From NCBI GenBank assembly GCA_041650335.1, contig JBAZLK010000001.1, positions 228,940 through 292,939 of the forward strand: 64,000 nucleotides of DNA, written 5' to 3'. Position 1 is the first letter of the stretch, and each line of letters begins with the position of its first letter. A program made the position numbers and the translations under genes. The notes beneath the pieces are model-generated. The model was not told the origin of the DNA. It worked only from the letters and a program-made list of their open reading frames with translations, and made no database searches. Of the stretch, positions 17,668-27,273 are shown one piece after another. The DNA is from Patescibacteria group bacterium. Its GTDB lineage: Bacteria; Patescibacteriota; Patescibacteriia; JAHIZJ01.

Positions 17668-18828
17668 ATGTCGCTACCCGTACGTCGGAGCAATCGAATC
17701 GTCTCGCAACGGAATTGGCACGCGCCGGATTACGTTCTGCTTGGCGTGCTTGGCGCTATCGTTGTTATTGGTATTGTGATGCTGTCGTCGGCCAGCACAG
17801 TGGTCGGTTTTGAAGGGTTCAACGATCCAAACTATTACATCAAACACCAGTTGCTCTATGGGATATTGGTCGGCGCGGTTGGGTTTTTTGTAGCCTCACG
17901 GCTTGATTATCATATCTGGGACAAACTCGCGTTTCCACTATTGGTCATGACGATCATCGCGCTCCTCTTGGTGTTCATTCCGGGCATCGGACTGGGTCTG
18001 AAGGGCGCCAATCGTTGGATCAATCTCGGCGCGTTCACGTTTCAACCGGCGGAAATGGCCAAGCTGACCTTTTTGTTGTATCTCTCGAGCTGGCTCCAAA
18101 AGCGAGGTGGCGGCATAAAAAGTTTTTCCTATGGGTTTCTTCCATTCGTCGTGATTTTGAGCGTCTTGGCTGGCTTGATCATTCTCGAACCGGATTTCAG
18201 CACGATGCTGGTGCTGGTCTTCATGTCGGTAGCAGTATTCTTTGTCGCCGGCGCGAACCTTGTCCATATGTCGTGGTTTGGCGCCATCGGTGCCGGCTTA
18301 TTTTTACTGATCATCAAAATCGCCCCCTATCGGGCGGCGCGTTTCACCGTCTTTCTTCACCCGGAAATGGATCCGCAAGGGATCGGCTATCATATCAATC
18401 AAGCGCTTTTGGCGATCGGATCGGGCGGTCTTTTCGGATTAGGACTGGGTCATTCCCGCCAAAAATATAATTATCTCCCAGAGGCGCACAGCGATTCAAT
18501 CTTCGCGATTATCTCTGAGGAGCTCGGTTTTATCTTTTCCGTGGTCTTAATCAGTCTCTATCTATTTTTAATGGTCCGGGGTTTTCGGATTGCCCGGCGC
18601 GCCCCTGATAATTTTGGGAAATATATTGCCGTCGGAATTACGATTTGGATCACCTTTCAAGCGGTTTTCAATATCGCCGCCATGGTCGGAGTCGTGCCGA
18701 TCTCAGGCATACCACTGCCATTCATCAGCCACGGCAGTACGGCCGTAGCGTTTTCACTTATTGGTATGGGCATATTAGCAAACATATCAAAACAAACGGT
18801 TACCGCGCCAGCGCCCGAGCGACGGTAA
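17668..18828 (+). CDS. ftsW: SEDS-family peptidoglycan glycosyltransferase FtsW/RodA
   Basis: ATG 2 nt after the murD stop; RSNRIVSQRNWHAPDYVLLGVLGAIVVIGIVML..., ~10 TM helices, PEAHSDSIFAIISEELGF (SEDS motif). The ORF as listed from 17434 overlaps murD. Confidence 0.85.
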   Translation: MSLPVRRSNRIVSQRNWHAPDYVLLGVLGAIVVIGIVMLSSASTVVGFEGFNDPNYYIKHQLLYGILVGAVGFFVASRLDYHIWDKLAFPLLVMTIIALLLVFIPGIGLGLKGANRWINLGAFTFQPAEMAKLTFLLYLSSWLQKRGGGIKSFSYGFLPFVVILSVLAGLIILEPDFSTMLVLVFMSVAVFFVAGANLVHMSWFGAIGAGLFLLIIKIAPYRAARFTVFLHPEMDPQGIGYHINQALLAIGSGGLFGLGLGHSRQKYNYLPEAHSDSIFAIISEELGFIFSVVLISLYLFLMVRGFRIARRAPDNFGKYIAVGITIWITFQAVFNIAAMVGVVPISGIPLPFISHGSTAVAFSLIGMGILANISKQTVTAPAPERR

Positions 18829-18890
18829 AATATACAAAATAGCAGCCGATAGATCGTTGACGGAACTGTGACATTTGCTATAGTTTAGGT

Positions 18891-19967
18891 ATGAAGATAC
18901 TTCTGACCGGCGGTGGCACAGGTGGGTCGGTGACACCATTATTAGCGGTCGCAAACGAAATTCGATTACAATATCCGGAAGCGGATTTTCTTTTCATTGG
19001 GACGCATAAAGGACCCGAAGAGATTTTCGCGCAAACGGCTAAGATACCGTTCCGATCAATTCATTCCGGCAAATATCGCCGTTATTTTTCACTGAAAAAT
19101 TTGCGCGATCCGTTTCTGGTGCTAGCCGGTTTTTTTGAATCGCTTTCAATCCTGCGGGCATACCGGCCGGACGTTGTCTTCGGGGCTGGAGCGTACGTGA
19201 GCGTTCCGGTCGTCTGGGCGGCTTGGTTTCTGGGCATACCGTCACTGATCCATCAGCAAGACGTCAATAAGAGTTTTGCCAATCAGCTCTGTCAACGCGT
19301 AGCCAGCCGTATTAGCGTAACCTTCGAGTGGTCGTTAAAAGATTTCCCCGAAAAAAAAACGCGCTGGATCGGCAATCCGATCCGCCCTGAATTGTTACAA
19401 GGTGACCGCGGACGGGGGATAAAACTCTTTGGCTTGGATCCGGCTATTCCGACGGTCCTGGTTTTTGGCGGTGGGACGGGCGCGCAAAAAATAAATGAGC
19501 TGATGGTCGGCGCGACCCTGAAACTGACAGAACATTGCCAAATCATACATCTCTATGGGAAACGGAAAGAATTAATACGGATAAATAACGAACGCTATCA
19601 CGGCTATGAATTTTTGGGCGATGAGATGAAAGATGCTTTTGCGGTCGCCGATGTTGTTGTCTGCCGGGCCGGACTGGGAAGCTTGACCGAAGTGGCCACG
19701 CTAGGAAAATCAGCCGTTATCATCCCAATGCCAGCGACGCATCAGGAAGCGAACGCCATGATCTTCCATCGCGCCAATGCCGGCGTCATTGTTGATCAGC
19801 GCACCCTTGATCCAAACTTCTTGGTGAATATTGTCGTCGGGCTACTCTCAAATAAAACCTGGCGGCAAACATTAGAAAAAAACGTCCGGACGCTGGTTCG
19901 ACCAGATGCCCGCCAGACTTTAACCGGCGAACTCCTTTCGCTCGTGAAAAAAAAGCATGGATCTTAA
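18891..19967 (+). CDS. murG: Undecaprenyldiphospho-muramoylpentapeptide beta-N-acetylglucosaminyltransferase
   Basis: MKILLTGGGTGGSVTPLLAVA and GT28 N- and C-terminal domains; 358 aa. Confidence 0.9.
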   Translation: MKILLTGGGTGGSVTPLLAVANEIRLQYPEADFLFIGTHKGPEEIFAQTAKIPFRSIHSGKYRRYFSLKNLRDPFLVLAGFFESLSILRAYRPDVVFGAGAYVSVPVVWAAWFLGIPSLIHQQDVNKSFANQLCQRVASRISVTFEWSLKDFPEKKTRWIGNPIRPELLQGDRGRGIKLFGLDPAIPTVLVFGGGTGAQKINELMVGATLKLTEHCQIIHLYGKRKELIRINNERYHGYEFLGDEMKDAFAVADVVVCRAGLGSLTEVATLGKSAVIIPMPATHQEANAMIFHRANAGVIVDQRTLDPNFLVNIVVGLLSNKTWRQTLEKNVRTLVRPDARQTLTGELLSLVKKKHGS

Positions 19968-21327
19968 TACGGCCAATCATATCTATTGCGTCGGGATCGG
20001 CGGGATCGGCATTTCCGGTCTCGCTCAGCTCTTGTATTGGCAGGGCAAACCGGTCAGCGGGAGCGATCTGGCGTCGTCGATTATTACCGAAAGTCTTCGC
20101 CGCGACGGCATCCCGGTCGTTATCGGTGAGCCGGAGCCGAGTCATCTGCCGGCGGGCGCGGATTGCGTTATTTATAGTCTGGCCATCCAGCCCGATCATC
20201 CGGAGTTGCGGGAGGCGAAAAGCCGCGGCGTCGTGACATTGTCCTACCCGGAGGCAGTTGGGCAGTACACTAGAAATAAATACCTCATTGCCGTTTCTGG
20301 CACGCACGGGAAAACAACGGCCACGGCTATGCTTGGGCAAGTGCTCGTTGAGGCCGGTTTCGATCCGACCGTGCTGGTGGGCAGCCGGCTCGCGGCGTTT
20401 AACGGCAATGTCCGTCTGGGCAAAAGCAAATACTTTGTTCTCGAAGCGGATGAATTCGGCCGAGCCTTCCTTCAGTACCACCCAGACATGGCGATTTTGA
20501 ATAATATCGAGGCCGACCACCTCGATGTCTATACGGACGTTGAAGATATAGAAAAAACTTTTCAGAAATACGTCAGCCAGGTCAAACCAGACGGCTGGCT
20601 GGTGGCGAATGCCGATGATCCGCGGATAGAAAGCATCATCAAGAAATCAGTGCGTCGAACGACATCGTTCGGCATCGGCGATGGCGAGTATCGCGGGACA
20701 CTTGAGCAATTGGTTGGGGAGGTGGTGTTTACCGAGCCTCATGTCGGTCGGGTCGTCCTTCAGGTGCCCGGGCGTCATAATGTCATGAATGCGCTCGCCG
20801 TAATCGCGGCCAGCCAGCTCTTGCGGATCAAACCGTCCGTTGTGAAAAAGGCGCTCGAAAATTTTCACGGGCTCTGGCGCCGTTTTGAAATCGTCGGACA
20901 ATGTCAGGGCGCGCCGGTAATATCCGACTACGCCCATCACCCGACGGCCTTTCGCGTCACGCTCCAGGCGGCGCGCGAATATTATCCGGAAAAGAAAATA
21001 ATCGCCGTGTTCCAGCCGCATCATCGCCACCGCACCAAGGCATTATATGACGAATTTCTAAACGCCTTAGAATTGTCGGACGAACTTATCTTGGCGGAGA
21101 TCTACGATGTTGCCGGACGCGAGGATAACACTACCGTAGGCGTCAGTTCGCGGCAACTCGTCGAGGATTTGAAAAAACGGAAAGTGGTCGTTTCCTATGC
21201 CAAGGATATTGAGATCGCTGAAACGCTGGCGCGCCAGAAGGCGACCACAAACTCGGTTATTTTAGTGATGGGCGCGGGTACGATCGACGCCGTGGCTCGT
21301 AACTTAGTCGATAAGAACAATGGTTAA
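19957..21327 (+). CDS. murC: UDP-N-acetylmuramate--L-alanine ligase
   Basis: HIYCVGIGGIGISGLAQLL and IAVSGTHGKTTATAMLGQVL; 456 aa. Confidence 0.9.
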   Translation: MDLNTANHIYCVGIGGIGISGLAQLLYWQGKPVSGSDLASSIITESLRRDGIPVVIGEPEPSHLPAGADCVIYSLAIQPDHPELREAKSRGVVTLSYPEAVGQYTRNKYLIAVSGTHGKTTATAMLGQVLVEAGFDPTVLVGSRLAAFNGNVRLGKSKYFVLEADEFGRAFLQYHPDMAILNNIEADHLDVYTDVEDIEKTFQKYVSQVKPDGWLVANADDPRIESIIKKSVRRTTSFGIGDGEYRGTLEQLVGEVVFTEPHVGRVVLQVPGRHNVMNALAVIAASQLLRIKPSVVKKALENFHGLWRRFEIVGQCQGAPVISDYAHHPTAFRVTLQAAREYYPEKKIIAVFQPHHRHRTKALYDEFLNALELSDELILAEIYDVAGREDNTTVGVSSRQLVEDLKKRKVVVSYAKDIEIAETLARQKATTNSVILVMGAGTIDAVARNLVDKNNG

Positions 21328-22204
21328 CGCTATTACAAAAAAACTCCCCGGCGTAAAAAGGGGCGAAGTAATGTCACGGCACACTACCTATCGGATCGGC
21401 GGGCCGGCGGATTATTTTTATACTGCGAAAACAACAAACGACCTCATTTCGGCCATAACGCTGGCGCGGCAACACCAGCTGCCGGTTTTTTTGCTTGGGA
21501 AGGGGAGCAATATCTTGGTGGCTGACGCGGGGGTGCGCGGTCTTGTCATCCAAGTCGAGACTAATGAATGCACGCGGAATGGCGACCGAGTGACGGTGGC
21601 TGCGGGCTACAGCTTAGGCGCGCTCGTCCAGTGGACGATTGAACAGGGTCTGGCCGGACTTGAATTTGCTTCAGGTATCCCCGGCTCAGTCGGCGGCGCG
21701 GTCCGGGGGAACGCCGGCGCGTTTGGCTCGGAAACAAAGGACGTTATTGAATCGATCGAGATTCTGACCAGTTCATCAGAACGACGGGTGTTGTCAAAGA
21801 CGGACTGTCAGTTCGGCTATCGCGACAGCCTGATAAAACACACCCCCGACATCGTTCTGTCGGCGACGTTTCATCTGCACGATGGCAATCGTGACGACAG
21901 CCGCGCCTTGGTGAAAAAATATATGGACCAGCGGACCTCAAAACAGGATTATTCAATCCCGTCAGCCGGCAGTGTTTTTAAAAACCCGCCCGGCAATTTT
22001 GCCGCCAAGATGATCGACGAGCTGGGACTCAAAGGTATGCGGATCGGCGACGCTCAGATCTCACTGACGCACGCCAATTTCATCGTGAATGTCGGCCAGG
22101 CGAAGGCGAACGACGTGCTTCAACTTATCTCTTCGGTGAAGGAAAAAGTAAAGGCGAAATATACCGTTGAGCTGGAGACGGAAATACAGCTCGTCGGATT
22201 TTAG
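21320..22204 (+). CDS. murB: UDP-N-acetylenolpyruvoylglucosamine reductase
   Basis: TTYRIGGPADYFY (FAD-binding), GKGSNILV, SAGSVFKNP; 8 nt overlap with murC. An alternative start at 21371 is possible. Confidence 0.85.
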   Translation: MVNAITKKLPGVKRGEVMSRHTTYRIGGPADYFYTAKTTNDLISAITLARQHQLPVFLLGKGSNILVADAGVRGLVIQVETNECTRNGDRVTVAAGYSLGALVQWTIEQGLAGLEFASGIPGSVGGAVRGNAGAFGSETKDVIESIEILTSSSERRVLSKTDCQFGYRDSLIKHTPDIVLSATFHLHDGNRDDSRALVKKYMDQRTSKQDYSIPSAGSVFKNPPGNFAAKMIDELGLKGMRIGDAQISLTHANFIVNVGQAKANDVLQLISSVKEKVKAKYTVELETEIQLVGF

Positions 22205-22208
22205 TTAG

Positions 22209-22240
22209 AAAAAAAACGCGGAAGGAACCGCGCTTTTTTT
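22209..22240. terminator. Bidirectional rho-independent terminator between murB and the convergent surface-protein gene
   Basis: aaaaaaaacgcggaaggaaccgcgcttttttt: an A-run, a 5 bp GC stem and a T-run. Confidence 0.75.
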
Positions 22241-22256
22241 ATATTCCAAGAAAAAG

Positions 22257-24731
22257 TTATGGTTGGCCGAGGCAGAGGATCGGATCGGTGCAGGTAAACG
22301 ACGGTTTGCTGGTCAGCGGCCCGGCGTTCGTAATGCACTCCGAAGCGGTGTCGTAGCTTTTTAGCGCGGTGTCAACGTCGCTTGTAAGATTCGCCGTGCC
22401 CTCTGAGAAAGAAGCGAGGAGATAATTCGTCCCATTATCGCAATAGATGAAACAGTCCTGGTATGATGTATTGGCAAACGGATCTCCGCTCGAGGCCTTG
22501 ACCGTGCAGCCGAGCTGGGACGTTGGAGAGAGTCCGGCGGCGAGATAGGGCTTGAGTTTTTCTTTGAGGGTCAACCAATTTTTTTCACCCTCAGCGAACG
22601 GTGTGTCACCGGTGTCATTAATATACAGTTCAAGCGCTGATTGAAACGTTCGAAGATGGGCAAGGCGCGCGTTGTCGCGCGTTTTCGGACTGGATGCGGC
22701 AGCGCTGGGAACGATGATAAGCTTGCCTTCGCCGTTTGGATTGTAGCCATTATTTACTTCCTCGCCGTCTTTGTAGCCGTCGGCATCGGTATCGTCTTTC
22801 GCCGGATCCGTGCCATAGAGTTCTTCATCGGCGTTCGTCAGAGCGTCCGTATCATCATCAGCGATTTTATCAGCCGCATCTTTTTCTTTCTGCGCAGCCG
22901 CTTCAAGCGATGAAGAATCAGGCGTGGCTGTGTTTGTGCCATCAATATAATCTATTATGGACCCGTAATCAGGCAGACTCTCGATAGCCCTCATTTGATA
23001 GACGAGCGTGTAGCTGTCTTTTTTTACAGCGTAGGGGTACGGTTTATCTGTATAGACATCGGTTAAAGTAAGATTACTGTTTATATAATTGTAACCAACG
23101 CATTCAAACGAATTTGAAGATAACGATGAATTAATTGAATTTATGTTATTTGTATTGCCATTGGTATTTGTGCTCGTATCTTTATTGAGGCATTCGTTAT
23201 AGCTTTCCTCGATCACCGGGGCGACCGCTGAAAGCGTCTCTGGATAGGCGTCCTTTTTGTTTCTGTATAGATAGAGTGCCGTCCGTAGATTTGAAATCTG
23301 TTTCTGCTGTTTCGTTGCAAGTACGGCGGCCTGGCAGTCTTCGGCCGAGATGCCTGAAATCGCGCAGACAGCATCATCAAAAAGTATCGTTTCAGTTTCA
23401 GCCGGAGCCTTTACCGTCATCGGCTGATTGGCGTCTTTTAACGAAGCGGTACCGGTTAGGCGGATCTGCCGGTCTATGAGATTTTCGTTCTGGGAATCAA
23501 GAGCAATTTTGTATGACAGGCTCAGCTTGGTCGGCAGCCAGTCTTTTGTTGAGAGCCAGAGGTCGATGGTTGCGTTATTTTTCAGCTGGTCCGTGAATTG
23601 CCGGAATTTTTCAGAACTGAGATAGGTGGTTGTTTCCTGGTCGATTGATATTTTCAGATCGGGATATTTCTCATTTAAGTATGCCACAAACGCCTGATAC
23701 GTTTCCGCCGTCTTTGTCGCATCGAACCACATCCGCCAGTGTCGTTGCTCGACGTCATTAATCTTTTCGTTTACAAGTTTTTCTTTGATAACAATAAACC
23801 GATGTTCAAGCGCCAAGCGGAGCAGGTCTCTCATTATTTGCTGGCTGGCCGTTTGGTCTAGCGATGGTATGCCGTTCCCTTGCAGAATAGTGCTGCCAAG
23901 TTGAAAGTAGGGGAAGTAGGTATCGGTAAACGACGTCTGTTCAATCTTAATCCATTTATTGACAACCTGTTGATATGAAGCACTGAGGTCTACGCCCGGT
24001 ATGGTCGGGAGTTTCGTAACTTTTACATAGGGAACCTGATCGACGACTTTGAATTGGAGGCCTGCTTCAACAGAAAGATCATTCCCCGAATAACTGCCGC
24101 TTAACTCCATTTCACTGTTTGGCGCTGTATCGCTGCTTCCAGTTGTATTGCCGAGACCGGGTAAGAGAAAACCGAGAGCCGGGTTTTTTGTCACATCGGC
24201 GTTCGTAGCGGCGTTCGCGTTGCCAGATTTATTAAACAGACCGGTGAGGAGAAGGGTGAGCGTTGAATCCTTTGGAAAGATCGAGGCGAGCCAGTCTCCG
24301 CTGGATGAACCTTCAAGAGTGAACGGCAGATAAGAATTTCCGTTCTGATTCGTATTTTCATCCGGCTGGAGCAAATTAAAATCAAGCGGCTGTATGCCCG
24401 CCTCTTTTGGTTCATTGGCGATGACGAGATCGTATTGATAGCGGCCGGAATTTATGGCGAGCAGGCTATCAAGCGCCTGGGAGAGATTTTTTTCCTGATA
24501 CTCTTCAATGACTGACGATGTTATGAACGGCAATTTAAAGGGGAGGGCGATATACCCTTTGGTTGAGGCGAAGACGGCGCCGGCGCCAAGCACGATCAGT
24601 ACGGCGAACCCGATCAAGACGTATAAAAAAATCCGCTTCCGATTTGTGGGGGCGGTTGATTTTATCTTTGGTAGGGAAGTATGCAAAGCAGACGGAGGGA
24701 CAACAACGTGCGACTGTGTTGCGTTTTCCAT
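22257..24731 (-). CDS. Large (824 aa) membrane-anchored extracellular protein with low-complexity Asn/Ser/Thr linkers, Asp-rich region and a C-terminal pilin-like globular module
   Basis: N-terminal TM (IFLYVLIGFAVLIVLGAGAVFA); NTNGNTNNINSINSSLSSNS; DDTDALTNADEELYGTDPAKDDTDADGYKDGEE. The C-terminal ~150 aa (RDNARLAHLRTFQSALELYINDTGDTP...YLLASFSEG...) resembles the post-helix part of CPR/Gram-positive type IV pilins. Confidence 0.6.
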   Translation of the reverse strand: MENATQSHVVVPPSALHTSLPKIKSTAPTNRKRIFLYVLIGFAVLIVLGAGAVFASTKGYIALPFKLPFITSSVIEEYQEKNLSQALDSLLAINSGRYQYDLVIANEPKEAGIQPLDFNLLQPDENTNQNGNSYLPFTLEGSSSGDWLASIFPKDSTLTLLLTGLFNKSGNANAATNADVTKNPALGFLLPGLGNTTGSSDTAPNSEMELSGSYSGNDLSVEAGLQFKVVDQVPYVKVTKLPTIPGVDLSASYQQVVNKWIKIEQTSFTDTYFPYFQLGSTILQGNGIPSLDQTASQQIMRDLLRLALEHRFIVIKEKLVNEKINDVEQRHWRMWFDATKTAETYQAFVAYLNEKYPDLKISIDQETTTYLSSEKFRQFTDQLKNNATIDLWLSTKDWLPTKLSLSYKIALDSQNENLIDRQIRLTGTASLKDANQPMTVKAPAETETILFDDAVCAISGISAEDCQAAVLATKQQKQISNLRTALYLYRNKKDAYPETLSAVAPVIEESYNECLNKDTSTNTNGNTNNINSINSSLSSNSFECVGYNYINSNLTLTDVYTDKPYPYAVKKDSYTLVYQMRAIESLPDYGSIIDYIDGTNTATPDSSSLEAAAQKEKDAADKIADDDTDALTNADEELYGTDPAKDDTDADGYKDGEEVNNGYNPNGEGKLIIVPSAAASSPKTRDNARLAHLRTFQSALELYINDTGDTPFAEGEKNWLTLKEKLKPYLAAGLSPTSQLGCTVKASSGDPFANTSYQDCFIYCDNGTNYLLASFSEGTANLTSDVDTALKSYDTASECITNAGPLTSKPSFTCTDPILCLGQP

Positions 24732-24766
24732 TATTTATTTTGGTTATTTTTTGTATTACAAAATAA

Positions 24767-24795
24767 AGTATATCATATTATATCGGAAAAGTCAA
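24767..24795 (-). promoter_or_regulatory. Sigma-70-like promoter for the surface-protein gene (TTGACT-17-TATACT on minus strand)
   Basis: The minus-strand reading gives cgtaTTGACTtttccgatataatatgaTATACTtta about 40 nt upstream of the ATG at 24731. Confidence 0.5.
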
Positions 24796-25322
24796 TACGT
24801 ATTTTTCATGAAAACCGCCCGAACTCGAGTAGAGCGCGGGCGGAGAATCTGTCAGACAGAGCTGTTGCCTACGGGCAGGATGCGCGAATGCGGTCGATCA
24901 GGGCATTCACGTGGTAGCACCGAGAGGCAGTTTCGCCATCGAGATGGCGCGTGGCCTGCCTCAAGGCGGCGACACATCGGTCGGGGATGCTCGGGCCAGC
25001 GTAGCGCTTCCCAGGTCTCCAGGCCTCCCGTCGTACTTCCTTGATCCGTCTCTTCTTCATCAACACAACCCCCTAAGTTCGTTCCCTCCGTGGTCTGATG
25101 TCTAGCATCGATGCAGCGCAACTTCAAAAACAAGGAAGCGTAGCATAGAAAAGGGATCCTGTCAATAGTTATAGCATAAATAAACAAAAAATAAAATATA
25201 TTAATTTTCGAAATTGTGGTTTCTGTTGATGCGTACCACATTATGTTGTGTGAGAAATGCGTAACAGGGTAATTTATAGAATAAACTTGACTTTTCCACA
25301 TAAAAACTGTTGTACCGAAGTG

Positions 25323-25351
25323 TTGACGAGTGTGGTTGGGTGGTGTAAAAT
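25323..25351 (+). promoter_or_regulatory. Sigma-70-like promoter of the mraZ operon (TTGACG-17-TAAAAT)
   Basis: gtgTTGACGagtgtggttgggtggtgTAAAATgg about 90 nt upstream of mraZ. Confidence 0.55.
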
Positions 25352-25360
25352 GGTATCAGA

Positions 25361-25386
25361 GTGGTTGAAAGTGGATAAAAGTGGGG
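25361..25386 (+). promoter_or_regulatory. Putative MraZ operator: three direct GTGG(G) repeats with 10 bp periodicity just downstream of the -10
   Basis: GTGGttgaaaGTGGataaaaGTGGGg. MraZ is known to autoregulate by binding spaced direct repeats (TGGGN in E. coli, AAAGTG[T/G] in Mollicutes) in the dcw promoter region. Confidence 0.5.
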
Positions 25387-25437
25387 ATAACCCCATTGAA
25401 GTGTGTATAAGCAAAGTTATAAAAGAAAACGTTCCGC

Positions 25438-25869
25438 ATGTTTATCGGCGAATACCATCACACGATCGACGACAAAGGGCGCCTGGCCATACCAGTGAAG
25501 TTTCGAGGCGACCTGACAAAAGGTGCCGTGGTCACGCGCGGGCTTGATAATTGTCTCTTTCTCTATCCGAAAGCGGAGTGGGAGAAGCTGGCCGAACGAT
25601 TGGCCAAGCTGCCGATCAGCCAAGCGAACACCCGGGCATTTTCACGCTTGATGCTAGCTGGCGCGATGGACGTTGAGATCGATAAGCAGGGCCGGGTAAA
25701 TCTGCCGGAGTATCTTTGCAAATACGCGACCATAAAAAAGAAGGTCGTCATGGCTGGCTTATACAACCGGTTTGAAATCTGGGATGCCACCGCCTGGGAG
25801 AAATACAAGCTCGGGACCGAAAAGAACTCCGGTGATATCGCCGAAGCCCTCGGGGAGCTCGGCGTCTAA
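25438..25869 (+). CDS. mraZ: Transcriptional regulator MraZ
   Basis: MFIGEYHHTIDDKGRLAIPVKFR...DKQGRVNLPEYL shows the duplicated DXXXR MraZ motifs; 143 aa. Confidence 0.9.
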   Translation: MFIGEYHHTIDDKGRLAIPVKFRGDLTKGAVVTRGLDNCLFLYPKAEWEKLAERLAKLPISQANTRAFSRLMLAGAMDVEIDKQGRVNLPEYLCKYATIKKKVVMAGLYNRFEIWDATAWEKYKLGTEKNSGDIAEALGELGV

Positions 25870-25886
25870 GCCGGTCAGCGTATCGT

Positions 25887-26873
25887 ATGTTTCACAAATC
25901 AGTCCTCACACGCGAGGCGGTTGAGCAGCTCAACCTGCGGCCGGATGACAATGTTATTGACGGAACGGTCGGCGGCGGGGGACATGCCGAGGCAATACTC
26001 GACCTGACGGCACCGAAGGGGCAGCTGATCGGGTGCGATCTTGATCCGGCGGCCGTGGCGGAAACAAAGCAACGTCTCGAACGATACGGAGACCGCGTCC
26101 ATCTGTTCCAAGAAAACTTTCGGAATATTCATTCAATCTATGTCGAACAATTTCCTCATCTTCCAATTCGTGGTTTTCTACTCGACCTTGGGCTATCATC
26201 TTTTGAGCTCTCGGATCGGACCCGGGGTTTCTCCTTTCTAACGCCTGACGCACCCTTAGATATGAGATTCGGTCAGCCGAACGACCGGAGCGGTCGGCGG
26301 CGAAGCCGGAAAGAAAGAACAGCCGCTGATATTCTGAACACGGCCACGCGCGACGAACTTTACAATATACTCTCGGAGTACGGCCAAGAAACTAATTCAA
26401 ACCATCTCGCCGACGAAATTGTCCGTCAACGGCAAAAACAAAAATTCGAAACCGTGGGCGACCTGGCCGCGGCGGTACTCCGGGTATATACATATAAGCT
26501 CCATTCACATACGAAGCAACCGCGGGTGGGCAAGCGCCATCCGGCCACCAAGGTTTTTCAAGCGCTGCGCATCGCGGTCAATGATGAACTGGCCAGCCTG
26601 GCGGCGGTCATGCCCAGCGCGCTCACCATTCTTCAGCCGGGCAGTCGGCTCGCCATCATCACGTTCCATTCCTTGGAAGACCGGTTGGTCAAGGAATATT
26701 TCCGACGGGAAAGCCGGGACTGCATCTGTCCGCCCGAGACACCGATCTGCGTCTGCGGCCATCGCGCGCAAATCCGCTTGGTGACGAAAAAACCGATCAC
26801 GCCAACCCCGGCGGAGATAAGAGAAAATCCACGCAGTCGTAGCGCCCAGCTCAGAGTCGTCGAAAAAATATAA
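25887..26873 (+). CDS. rsmH: 16S rRNA (cytosine1402-N4)-methyltransferase
   Basis: HKSVLTREAVEQLNLRPDDNVIDGTVGGGGHAEAIL and FHSLEDR; 328 aa. Confidence 0.9.
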   Translation: MFHKSVLTREAVEQLNLRPDDNVIDGTVGGGGHAEAILDLTAPKGQLIGCDLDPAAVAETKQRLERYGDRVHLFQENFRNIHSIYVEQFPHLPIRGFLLDLGLSSFELSDRTRGFSFLTPDAPLDMRFGQPNDRSGRRRSRKERTAADILNTATRDELYNILSEYGQETNSNHLADEIVRQRQKQKFETVGDLAAAVLRVYTYKLHSHTKQPRVGKRHPATKVFQALRIAVNDELASLAAVMPSALTILQPGSRLAIITFHSLEDRLVKEYFRRESRDCICPPETPICVCGHRAQIRLVTKKPITPTPAEIRENPRSRSAQLRVVEKI

Positions 26874-26879
26874 ACATCC

Positions 26880-27248
26880 ATGTCAAAGTACTTCTGGTTA
26901 TGCAAACTGAATAAACAAAAACACGAAAAGGCGCAGCCTCAGGGTTTCTGGCAATGTCTCTTTCGTTCTCGTTCGGCGGTCAACCTTTTGTTTCTCGTAA
27001 TCGCAATCGTGCTTGGGTCGCTGTATCTCTTCCAAGTGAACCGCACGGCTACCAGCGGGTTTGCGGTCAAAGATCTCAACGCCCAAATAACGGAATTAAA
27101 AGAAAGCCACCAAAAGCTTGAGTTGCAGGTGGCCGATCTTCAGTCGCTCCAGCAGATACAGTCAGCGACGAAGCGGCTTGAGTTGATTGCCCGGACGAAG
27201 CTTGAATATGTCCAGACGGCAACCGGCGCAGTCGCGCTCGAAAAATAA
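26880..27248 (+). CDS. ftsL: FtsL-like cell-division protein (single TM plus coiled coil)
   Basis: Conserved position between rsmH and ftsI; TM LLFLVIAIVLGSLYLF followed by a heptad-like ITELKESHQKLELQVADLQSL. Confidence 0.55.
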   Translation: MSKYFWLCKLNKQKHEKAQPQGFWQCLFRSRSAVNLLFLVIAIVLGSLYLFQVNRTATSGFAVKDLNAQITELKESHQKLELQVADLQSLQQIQSATKRLELIARTKLEYVQTATGAVALEK

Positions 27249-27273
27249 TGGTTTAACGAGGCGGTAATTTCTC

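Noticed and set aside
19786-20520. 244-aa antisense ORF inside murG/murC.
   Set aside because: It is a GC-driven antisense shadow, while both sense genes carry canonical Mur motifs.
24869-25066. 65-aa ORF (MLMKKRRIKEVRREAW…) in the GC-rich intergenic block.
   Set aside because: It has no RBS and no recognisable family, and sits between two divergent promoters. It is kept only as part of the intergenic-block finding.
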